NCBI GenBank assembly: GCA_016794725.1
Contig: JAEUGZ010000564.1
Span: forward strand, 1 to 50,484
DNA: 50,484 bases
Origin: Opitutaceae bacterium
GTDB taxonomy: Bacteria; Verrucomicrobiota; Verrucomicrobiia; Opitutales; Opitutaceae
Reading direction: 5' to 3'
Below are positions 9,895 through 17,100 of this stretch, one piece after another (the stretch's first letter is position 1; each line of letters opens with the position of its first letter). Made by a program: the position numbers and the translations under genes. Below the pieces are notes generated by a model. It was given only the letters and a program-made list of their open reading frames with translations. It searched no databases and was not told where the DNA came from.

Positions 9895-10062
9895 CAGCGA
9901 AAGTGAGCCAGTACATGCATTCTTCCGCCAAAACCCAGCCGATTTCCTCGCAGGTTGAGGTACCATTCTTGGGTCTCGCGTTCCGACTCCCGCGCAACTC
10001 ACCTTCGGCTCGCGCTCCGCGCCCGTCCGATCAAACGGGTGGCCGGCACCGAGGCGCCTGCC

Positions 10063-11229
10063 CTACCGCGCTCCATCGAGCTCTGCCGCCACCGCCGCCA
10101 TCGCCTGCGCCAGCGCGGTCCACTCCGTCATAACCGTTGCCCAGCCCGCGCTGATGCGCACGGTTCGACGCATCGCCTCCGGCTCCAGCCCGATTGCCGC
10201 CAGAACATGGGAGGGCCCTTGCTTGCCCGACGCACAGGCTGAGCCGGTGGAAATCTGGAAACCTCGCTGATCAAGGCGGGCCACCCACCGGTGATTCTCG
10301 TGCCGCGGCAGGGACACCGAGACCGTATTCCACAAACGCTCGGTTCCTGCTCCCACCAGGCTGGACCCCGGGAGAACCGCGAGCAGGGCCCGCTCAAATC
10401 CATTCCGCCAGGCAGCCCGCTCCTCCTCCCACAGCACCTGGCTGCGCTCCGCTTCGCTCAATGCCGCCAGCATGGCCGCGACACCCGGATAGTCCTCCGT
10501 TCCGGCCCGGTGCCCCCGCTGCTGTCCCCCGCCCACAAATCCATGAAATCCGTCGGCCTGCGCCGCACGCAGCAGGAGCCCCACTCCCTTGGGTCCGCCA
10601 AACTTGTGGGCCGTGCCAAACACCCAGTCGACTTCACCCAACCCGGCCGCGGGCAGTTTACCCAACCACTGCGATGCATCGCAGACCATTTCCACCCCGC
10701 GAGCGCGACAGACTCGTCCCAAGTCGGCCCACGGTTGCAGCACCCCTGTCTCATTGTTCGCCGCCATGACCACCAACGCCCCCACGGGCGCGCCCGACGC
10801 GCGGCTCCCGTCGAGCAGTGACGCCACACGGTCGGGCTCGACCTTTCCGTCGGTGTCCACCGGCAGTCCCTGCCAGCGTCCGGGGAAAGCCGAGGCAAAT
10901 GCCGCCAGGACGCAGGGGTGTTCCGTCGGATTGACCGCCACCCGGGCGTGCGCGGGCAGCGACCGCGCCAGGTGAGCCGCCACGACAGAGGCCGCCTCGG
11001 TCGCTCCGGAGACATGAACCACGCGATCCGCCGCCGCGCCCAGCAGCAGCCCAAACGCCTCACGCGCCCCTTCGAGACGCACCCGTACGCGCGCCGCCTC
11101 GCGGTAGGGACTGGCCGGGTTCGCCCACGCCTCGTCCTGAGCCTGCAGCCACGCCTGACGGGCTGCCGGCGACAAAGGAGTGGTGGCGTTGTGATCAAAA
11201 TAGGGCACGCGGCACGCACCCTGCAACAC
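10063..11229 (-). CDS. Cysteine desulfurase, class V aminotransferase (NifS/IscS-like)
   Basis: YFDHNATTP at the N-terminus, PLP lysine context GTAHKFGGPKGVG and catalytic Cys loop STGSACASG. GTG start. Confidence 0.85.
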   Translation of the reverse strand: MLQGACRVPYFDHNATTPLSPAARQAWLQAQDEAWANPASPYREAARVRVRLEGAREAFGLLLGAAADRVVHVSGATEAASVVAAHLARSLPAHARVAVNPTEHPCVLAAFASAFPGRWQGLPVDTDGKVEPDRVASLLDGSRASGAPVGALVVMAANNETGVLQPWADLGRVCRARGVEMVCDASQWLGKLPAAGLGEVDWVFGTAHKFGGPKGVGLLLRAAQADGFHGFVGGGQQRGHRAGTEDYPGVAAMLAALSEAERSQVLWEEERAAWRNGFERALLAVLPGSSLVGAGTERLWNTVSVSLPRHENHRWVARLDQRGFQISTGSACASGKQGPSHVLAAIGLEPEAMRRTVRISAGWATVMTEWTALAQAMAAVAAELDGAR

Positions 11230-11288
11230 CCGGAGCCGGCTTGCAAGGAGCCACCCTCCTGGGGCAACCTGCTCCTCAGACCTCTCCC

Positions 11289-11849
11289 ATGTCGCTCGAC
11301 TCGGCTCTCACCCACACGATCCAGACGCTCCAATCGCTGAACGCGATTCGATCGGAAATTCACCAGGCGTCCGAATTGATCCGAAGCACCCTGCAGGCAG
11401 GGGGCAAACTGCTGATTTGCGGAAATGGAGGCAGCGCCGCCGAAGCCCAGCACTTCTCCACCGAACTGGTCGGACGCTATTTCAAGAATCGTCGCTCCCT
11501 GCCTGCGGTCGCCCTCTCAGCCGATGGCTCGTTGCTCACCTGCATCGGCAATGACTATGGCTTTGACGCGGCCTTCTCGCGGCAGATCGAGGGCCTCGCG
11601 CGGCCCGGTGATGTCGTCGTCGTGTTCACTTCCAGCGGCAACTCCTCCAATATTCTGGCCGCACTCCACGAAGCCCGCCGGCAAGGGCTCTCCAGCATTG
11701 CGTTCCTGGGACGGGGTGGCGGCAAGGCCAAGGGCATTGCGACGGTCGACCTGATTGTCCCGGGTGACTCCGGCCGCTCCGCCCAGGAGGCCCATCTTTT
11801 TCTCATCCACCACTTCTGCGACATCATTGACTCCGACTGTACTCCGTGA
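11289..11849 (+). CDS. gmhA: D-sedoheptulose-7-phosphate isomerase (SIS domain)
   Basis: GGKLLICGNGGSAAEAQHFSTELVGRY, ALSADGSLLTCIGNDYGFD, SSGNSSNIL and QEAHLFLIHHFCD match GmhA. Confidence 0.8.
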   Translation: MSLDSALTHTIQTLQSLNAIRSEIHQASELIRSTLQAGGKLLICGNGGSAAEAQHFSTELVGRYFKNRRSLPAVALSADGSLLTCIGNDYGFDAAFSRQIEGLARPGDVVVVFTSSGNSSNILAALHEARRQGLSSIAFLGRGGGKAKGIATVDLIVPGDSGRSAQEAHLFLIHHFCDIIDSDCTP

Positions 11850-11914
11850 ACGGTCGGCAACGTCCCCACCCGCCCGTGTTCGATGACCTGCCGCAGCCTG
11901 TGGAGGGCCCCGCC

Positions 11915-12628
11915 ATGTCCCGAACCCCACACCGCCGTCTCTCGGCCGACGAACGCAAACAGGCAATTCTGGAAGCAGGCCTGCCCCTTTTCGCCCACCA
12001 GGGACTGCGTGAGCTCTCCACCCGCGAACTGGCGAAGTCTGCCGGTGTATCCGAAGCACTGTTGTTCAAGTATTTTCCCTCCCGTCCGGTTCTCTACGAA
12101 GAAATTTATCGGTTCTGCGCCCGCCGGCTGCCGCTGGAGGCCATCAACTTCGAGACCCTCAAACCGACCACGGCAAATCTGGTGTGCCTGGTCTATCTCA
12201 CCTGCCGGGTGGTGATGATCGCGAACGCCCTCGAAGTGAAGGCCGTCATGCGCATGATGGGTGACAGCCTGCTCGATGACGGCGCGTTCGCCCGCCTGCT
12301 GCTGGGCAACAATGTGATTACGGCCTTTCGCGAGCGCGTGGTGGCCTGCATTGAGGCGGGTATCAAGGCCGGACATATCACCGCCGACGGCCCGCCTCCG
12401 GCACTCCGATTCTGGTTTGTCCGCAACGCTGCGACCCAGGTGTACTTTCATCGCCTGCCGCAACCACCGGTGGTGCCCTATGACGACGATCCCCTCGAAG
12501 TTGTCCGCCAAGCCACTTACTTTGGACTGCGGGGCATTGGACTCAAGGAATCGCAAATCTCAAAACACGCCAGCCGGGAACGATTGCTCGCCTGGGAGTG
12601 TGAGGACGGCTTCCGGCTCGTCCCCTAG
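11915..12628 (+). CDS. TetR/AcrR-family transcriptional regulator
   Basis: N-terminal HTH: RKQAILEAGLPLFAHQGLRELSTRELAKSAGVSEALLFKYFPSR. An alternative GTG at 11846 overlaps the gmhA stop (GTGA). Confidence 0.8.
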   Translation: MSRTPHRRLSADERKQAILEAGLPLFAHQGLRELSTRELAKSAGVSEALLFKYFPSRPVLYEEIYRFCARRLPLEAINFETLKPTTANLVCLVYLTCRVVMIANALEVKAVMRMMGDSLLDDGAFARLLLGNNVITAFRERVVACIEAGIKAGHITADGPPPALRFWFVRNAATQVYFHRLPQPPVVPYDDDPLEVVRQATYFGLRGIGLKESQISKHASRERLLAWECEDGFRLVP

Positions 12629-12640
12629 TTGGCGCGCATG

Positions 12641-12676
12641 AAAAAGGGGCACGTCGGCCGCGGCCAACCTGCCCCT
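12641..12676 (-). terminator. Rho-independent terminator closing the receptor/hydrolase operon
   Basis: On the minus strand a long GC hairpin (aggggca..ggccgcggcc..tgcccct) is followed by UUUUU (the complement of aaaaa at 12641-12645). It lies 30 nt after the stop at 12706. Confidence 0.55.
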
Positions 12677-12705
12677 CGTACTTGGAGGTGGATCGTCGCC
12701 GTGGT

Positions 12706-14142
12706 TTACTTGAACCAACGAACCACGCTGTAGGTGGCGGCCGCCAGCTGTTTGGGCAGCTCAACGTGGCCGTAGTGGGTCATAAGCGGATCCCATACCA
12801 TGAGCCGGACCTTGGCGTTCGGGTTCTTCTTTCGGTACTCATTCGCGAAAAACACCTCCACGGCCTTCATCGGGTCCTCCGGCACCCAATGGTTGCGGTC
12901 ATAATGACCCACCGTCCAGACCATCTGCTCGTATCCATCCATCCGGGTGTAATGGGTCGAGAACAGGTCAGCACTCACCTCCTCCATGTTCACTCCCCAT
13001 GGATTGCCGGACTTCGCGAGCAGGGTTTCGATGGAAACCTCGATCCAGCCCTTGAGCGAACTGTCGCCCCCGTGCTCAATGCTCTGGATCTGCTGCTTGA
13101 ACTGGGCCCGGCGACGTCCCTCTGCCTTGATCCACTTTTCGGCGATCTGGTACGTCGAATCGCCCGGCTCATACAGCGGATTGAGAAACCGGCTGTAGCC
13201 TCGCGCATAACCGGCCGCGTCCCGACGGGAAAGCTTGTGCAGCGGGGTTCGCTCCCGGGGCGTCGCCGGGGCGGAGGTACTGCCGTAGGAGGGACGCCGG
13301 CCTGCATCCTCGCTCGAGGAGACGCCCTCGCGCGCCTCGCGCACCTGATCGAGCCGGGCCGGTCCACCACTGCCCCAGCCCAGGTAGCGACCCTTGGTGC
13401 GTGCCCGAAGCTCGGGGTCGTTGTTCGCCAGCATCGCCATTTCTCCGGAGGTCGAGTGCCCGATCAACAGCAGGTCGCCCGTCGTGTTCTTCATCAGGAG
13501 CTGCTTCAGCCCCTTCATCACGTTCACATTGGTCAGGAGGCAGTTTCTCACTTCATATTCCTCCAACGACAGCGTCTTGTCCAACAAGTAGGCCGGTTGT
13601 CGCAGCTCGCTCTTGATCGGTTCATCCCAGCCGCCGTACTTGAAATTCCCGGGAATCGTGACGATCATCACATTGAGTTTCTGGGCAAGGAATTGCCCCC
13701 AGCCAGGACGGTTCTTCAGGTCGACATAGAACTCATACACATTCGCCGCCCCGCCGTTCATGATGACGAGCCAGGGGTACTTCTTTGCCTCGGGATCGTT
13801 GCTGGTCAGCCGCAGACCGGTGATGTCCCAATCCAAATTGTAGTGGCGGTACCGTTCCACGATCCAGTCGGCTTTGTAACCAAGCACCGAGGCCGGGACT
13901 TTGTCGAGCAGACGCGGATCAAAGGCGCCGCCGGGTGCCGCCAGGGCAAGATCGGTCACAGTCTTGCCACCATCCGGCAGATCCCAGCCAAGGGACATGA
14001 AAGAGGGGGTGTCGAGCGAAACATAAACCGCTTTTGGATCATCGAGCAGCGTCCAGATCTTCTTTTCCACTTCGTCACCCGCAAAGGCGTGAAGGGCAAA
14101 GAGACTGGCGGCGGCGCAGAGGGAGGAGAATTGAGCCTTCAT
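12706..14142 (-). CDS. Secreted alpha/beta-hydrolase-like Ser-hydrolase, paralog 1 (uncharacterised family)
   Basis: Signal peptide MKAQFSSLCAAASLFALHAFA, oxyanion-like VIMNGGAAN and nucleophile elbow LLLIGHSTSGE (Ser codon 13453-13455). It aligns end to end with the next two genes. Confidence 0.75.
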   Translation of the reverse strand: MKAQFSSLCAAASLFALHAFAGDEVEKKIWTLLDDPKAVYVSLDTPSFMSLGWDLPDGGKTVTDLALAAPGGAFDPRLLDKVPASVLGYKADWIVERYRHYNLDWDITGLRLTSNDPEAKKYPWLVIMNGGAANVYEFYVDLKNRPGWGQFLAQKLNVMIVTIPGNFKYGGWDEPIKSELRQPAYLLDKTLSLEEYEVRNCLLTNVNVMKGLKQLLMKNTTGDLLLIGHSTSGEMAMLANNDPELRARTKGRYLGWGSGGPARLDQVREAREGVSSSEDAGRRPSYGSTSAPATPRERTPLHKLSRRDAAGYARGYSRFLNPLYEPGDSTYQIAEKWIKAEGRRRAQFKQQIQSIEHGGDSSLKGWIEVSIETLLAKSGNPWGVNMEEVSADLFSTHYTRMDGYEQMVWTVGHYDRNHWVPEDPMKAVEVFFANEYRKKNPNAKVRLMVWDPLMTHYGHVELPKQLAAATYSVVRWFK

Positions 14143-14164
14143 AGGAGGGAGTCTGAAAGACGGG

Positions 14165-15613
14165 TTAGCTGTCCTGTTTCATCATCCAGTCGACGACGTG
14201 AATGAATGCGCCGGCAAGCTGCTCGGGCAGCTCAACGTGGGCGTAGTGGGTGACGTTGAGATCCCAGCCAATGACGCGGATCTTGGCCTTCGGATTGCGC
14301 AGGCGATATTCGGCGGCAATGCCGACATCACCGCCCTGCGCTGGATACAGTGCATTCCAGTGACCATCGAGTTTGCCCACGCACCAGACCATTGTACGGT
14401 ACCCGGTCGCCGGCGCATAACTCGTGGAATGGAGATCCTTCTGAACTTCCTCGAGATTCACTCCCCACGGATTTCCCGTCTTTGCCAGCGCCTTTTCAAT
14501 CGCCACCTCGATCTCACCTTTCATCGCAAAGTTGTCACTGTGCTCGAGGTCCTGCAGCGGTTGCTTGAAATTGGCGCGACGGCGTCCTTCGACCTGCAAC
14601 CACCGGGTCGCAATGTCCATGACCGACATGCCGGGCTCATAGAGTGGATTCAGCCACCGGCTGTAGACGCGACTATAGACCTGGGGCGTCCGACGGGCGA
14701 GATCGTTCAACCAGAAGTCTCCCGCCTTTTTCCAGTTGCGGGCACCACCCTCTTCGCCGCCACCACCGGTCAGACTCGGCGCGGCCTTGTACAACGGATC
14801 CGCTGCTTTCTTCGCGGCAATGACCGCTTTCACCCGCACGGGACCACCCGTTCCCCAACCGAGAAAGCGTCCCTTGAGTCGGGCTGTGAGCTCGGGATCA
14901 CGTTGCGCAAGACCGGGCAGCTCGCCGCCGGTCGAGTGACCGACGATGACCAGGTCGCCGGTGGTGTTCTTCACGATCAGCTGTTTCAACCCCTGATAGA
15001 TCACCTCGAAGGTGAAGACCGAGTTGTAAACCAGGACCTCGTCGGGATTCAGGTCACGATCGAGCAGAAACGCCGGGTCACGCTGATCGATCGGCTTTTC
15101 CCATCCACCATACTTGAAGTTTCCCGGTATGGAGACGATCAGCACGTTGAGTTTCTGGGCCAGGAACTGGCCCCAGCCGGGACGGTTCTTCAGGTCGATG
15201 TAGAACTCATAGATATTTGCCGCACCACCGTTCAGAATCACGACCCAGGGTTTGTCCTTCGCACCGGGATCCAGCGAGGTGAGTCGCAGGCCGCCGATAT
15301 CCCAGGGGAGATTGTAGCGAGTGAACCGCTCCACGATCCAATCGGCTTTGTAGCCGAGGGACTTTGGATCGAGTTTAGCAACGTCGCGGGGATCAAAGGC
15401 CCCTCCAGGTGCCTTGAGCGCCAGCTCGGTGACTTGTTTGCCACCATCCGGCAGCGCGACCTTCAAGGAGCGAAAGTCGGCTTCCGACAGCATGGTGAAC
15501 GGCTTCTCCTGGTCGAGGAGAGCGTGGATCGTGGCGCCCGCATCGGCCCGCAGTCCAGTGGCGCAGGCGAGCGAGACGGTGCACAGGGCAGCGGAAAAGA
15601 GTGTGTGTTTCAT
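14165..15613 (-). CDS. Secreted alpha/beta-hydrolase-like Ser-hydrolase, paralog 2
   Basis: Start taken at MKHTLFSAALCTVSLACA (ATG 15613), because the ORF-track extension to 15841 would overlap paralog 3. VILNGGAAN and VIVGHSTGGE (Ser codon 14933-14935). Confidence 0.75.
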   Translation of the reverse strand: MKHTLFSAALCTVSLACATGLRADAGATIHALLDQEKPFTMLSEADFRSLKVALPDGGKQVTELALKAPGGAFDPRDVAKLDPKSLGYKADWIVERFTRYNLPWDIGGLRLTSLDPGAKDKPWVVILNGGAANIYEFYIDLKNRPGWGQFLAQKLNVLIVSIPGNFKYGGWEKPIDQRDPAFLLDRDLNPDEVLVYNSVFTFEVIYQGLKQLIVKNTTGDLVIVGHSTGGELPGLAQRDPELTARLKGRFLGWGTGGPVRVKAVIAAKKAADPLYKAAPSLTGGGGEEGGARNWKKAGDFWLNDLARRTPQVYSRVYSRWLNPLYEPGMSVMDIATRWLQVEGRRRANFKQPLQDLEHSDNFAMKGEIEVAIEKALAKTGNPWGVNLEEVQKDLHSTSYAPATGYRTMVWCVGKLDGHWNALYPAQGGDVGIAAEYRLRNPKAKIRVIGWDLNVTHYAHVELPEQLAGAFIHVVDWMMKQDS

Positions 15614-15627
15614 GTTAAGGTTGAGGG

Positions 15628-17037
15628 CTACTTGAACCAGCGAACGACACCGTAGAACGCAGCGGCCAGTTCCTTGGGTTTCTCGACATGTCCATAGTGC
15701 GTCATGGGGACGTCCCACACGATGATCCGGACCTTGGCCTTCGGATTTTTCAGGCGAAGTTCCTTCGCGAGGAACACCTCCCAAGCCTTCATGGGATCTT
15801 CCGGTACCCAGTGGTTGCGATCGTAATGGGCAACGCACCACACGATCTGGTTGAACCCGTCCATGCGCGTGTAGGCAGTGCAGAACAGGTCCTTGCTCAC
15901 CTCATCCATGTCCACGCCCCAGGGATTGCCCGACTTGGCCAGGAGCACCTCGATCTGGCGCTCGACCTCGCCCTTCTTGCCCCAGGCGTTCGTGTGCTCG
16001 AGATCCTGCAGGGGCTGCTTGAACATGGGACGCCGAACTCCTTCCGCCTCCATCCACTTTTCCCCGATCTGCAGGTGTGACATGCCAGGCTCGTAGAGGG
16101 GATTGAGCCACCCGCTGTAGCCTCGCGCATAACCCTTGGCATCGCGGCGATTGAGGATGTGCAACGATTTCATCGCACCCATCGGTCCACCTTCACTGTC
16201 CTTCATCCCCGGCTCTTTCGCCTCCTGCAGGGCGTGGGCACGCGCCGGGCCACCACTGCCCCAACCTAGGAATCGGCCTTTCAAACGAGCGGCCAGGGTG
16301 GGATACTCATAGGAAAGGAATGCCAGTTCTCCTGACGTGGAATGGCCGATCATGAACAAGTCGCCCGTGGTGTGTTTGTTCACCAGCTGCTCCAGTCCCT
16401 TCATCACCAGTCGATTCGTGTAAATGGCATTGCGCACCTCCGATTCCATGATCGGAAGATCCCGGTCAAGCAGGTACGCGGGCTGTCGCGTCTCGTCCTT
16501 GATGGGCATGCTCCAGCCGCCATATTTGAAGTTTCCGGGAATTGAAACAATCAGTACGTTCAGCTTCTGGGCGAGAAACTGTCCCCAACCGGGCCGGCTT
16601 TTCAGGTCGACATAGAACTCGTACACGTTGGCCGCACCTCCGTTCATAATGACGAGCCAGGGGTACTTCTTGGCCTCGGGATCAAGCGACGTCAGCCGGA
16701 GCCCGGTGATGTCCCAATCCAGGTTGTAGTACTTGAAGCGCTCCACGCACCACTTCGCCTCATAGCCCAGGGTCGCGGCCGGGATCTTCTCCAGGTCGCG
16801 AGGATCAAACGCGCCCCCCTTGGCGGCAAGGGCGAGCGCAGTCACGGTTTTGCCGCCATCGGGCAGAACGAAGTCCTCACCCAAAGCGAGAAAGTCCTCA
16901 CCCGGGAGCGACGAATAGATTTTGTCCTGATCGAGCAGGGCGTGGATCTTTTTTTCCAGCGCGGCTGGACTGCCGTGCAGGAAGCCGCCGGCCAGAAGCC
17001 CCGCGGTCAGGGTGGAAACGAGATGGAGAAGTCGCAT
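15628..17037 (-). CDS. Secreted alpha/beta-hydrolase-like Ser-hydrolase, paralog 3
   Basis: Signal peptide MRLLHLVSTLTAGLLAGGFLHG, VIMNGGAAN and FMIGHSTSGE (Ser codon 16339-16341). Parts of its DNA are nearly identical to paralog 1, for example around 16585-16685 versus 13690-13790. Confidence 0.75.
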   Translation of the reverse strand: MRLLHLVSTLTAGLLAGGFLHGSPAALEKKIHALLDQDKIYSSLPGEDFLALGEDFVLPDGGKTVTALALAAKGGAFDPRDLEKIPAATLGYEAKWCVERFKYYNLDWDITGLRLTSLDPEAKKYPWLVIMNGGAANVYEFYVDLKSRPGWGQFLAQKLNVLIVSIPGNFKYGGWSMPIKDETRQPAYLLDRDLPIMESEVRNAIYTNRLVMKGLEQLVNKHTTGDLFMIGHSTSGELAFLSYEYPTLAARLKGRFLGWGSGGPARAHALQEAKEPGMKDSEGGPMGAMKSLHILNRRDAKGYARGYSGWLNPLYEPGMSHLQIGEKWMEAEGVRRPMFKQPLQDLEHTNAWGKKGEVERQIEVLLAKSGNPWGVDMDEVSKDLFCTAYTRMDGFNQIVWCVAHYDRNHWVPEDPMKAWEVFLAKELRLKNPKAKVRIIVWDVPMTHYGHVEKPKELAAAFYGVVRWFK

Positions 17038-17071
17038 GGGAAGTGTGAAGGAAGGAAGGAACGAGGGTCGG

Positions 17072-17089
17072 ACGCACCGCTCGGTGCGT
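17072..17089 (-). other. Intercistronic GC hairpin between the receptor and the first hydrolase gene
   Basis: acgcaccg/cggtgcgt form an 8-bp inverted repeat in the 63-nt spacer. There is no U-tract. Confidence 0.25.
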
Positions 17090-17100
17090 GTCCGGTGGAA

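Noticed and set aside
12682-15655. Two very long + strand ORFs (507 aa and 485 aa) lie antisense to hydrolase paralogs 1 and 2.
   Set aside because: These are typical high-GC antisense shadow frames, R/G/P/H-rich and of low complexity. The minus-strand frames carry the signal peptides, the catalytic motifs and three-fold paralogy.
15614-15841. An N-terminal extension of paralog 2 in the ORF track (start at 15841).
   Set aside because: It would overlap the 3' end of paralog 3 by more than 200 nt. The internal ATG at 15613 gives a proper signal peptide that aligns with the other paralogs. I trimmed recF, tauE, gpmI, icd, the MCP, both receptors and others in the same way.
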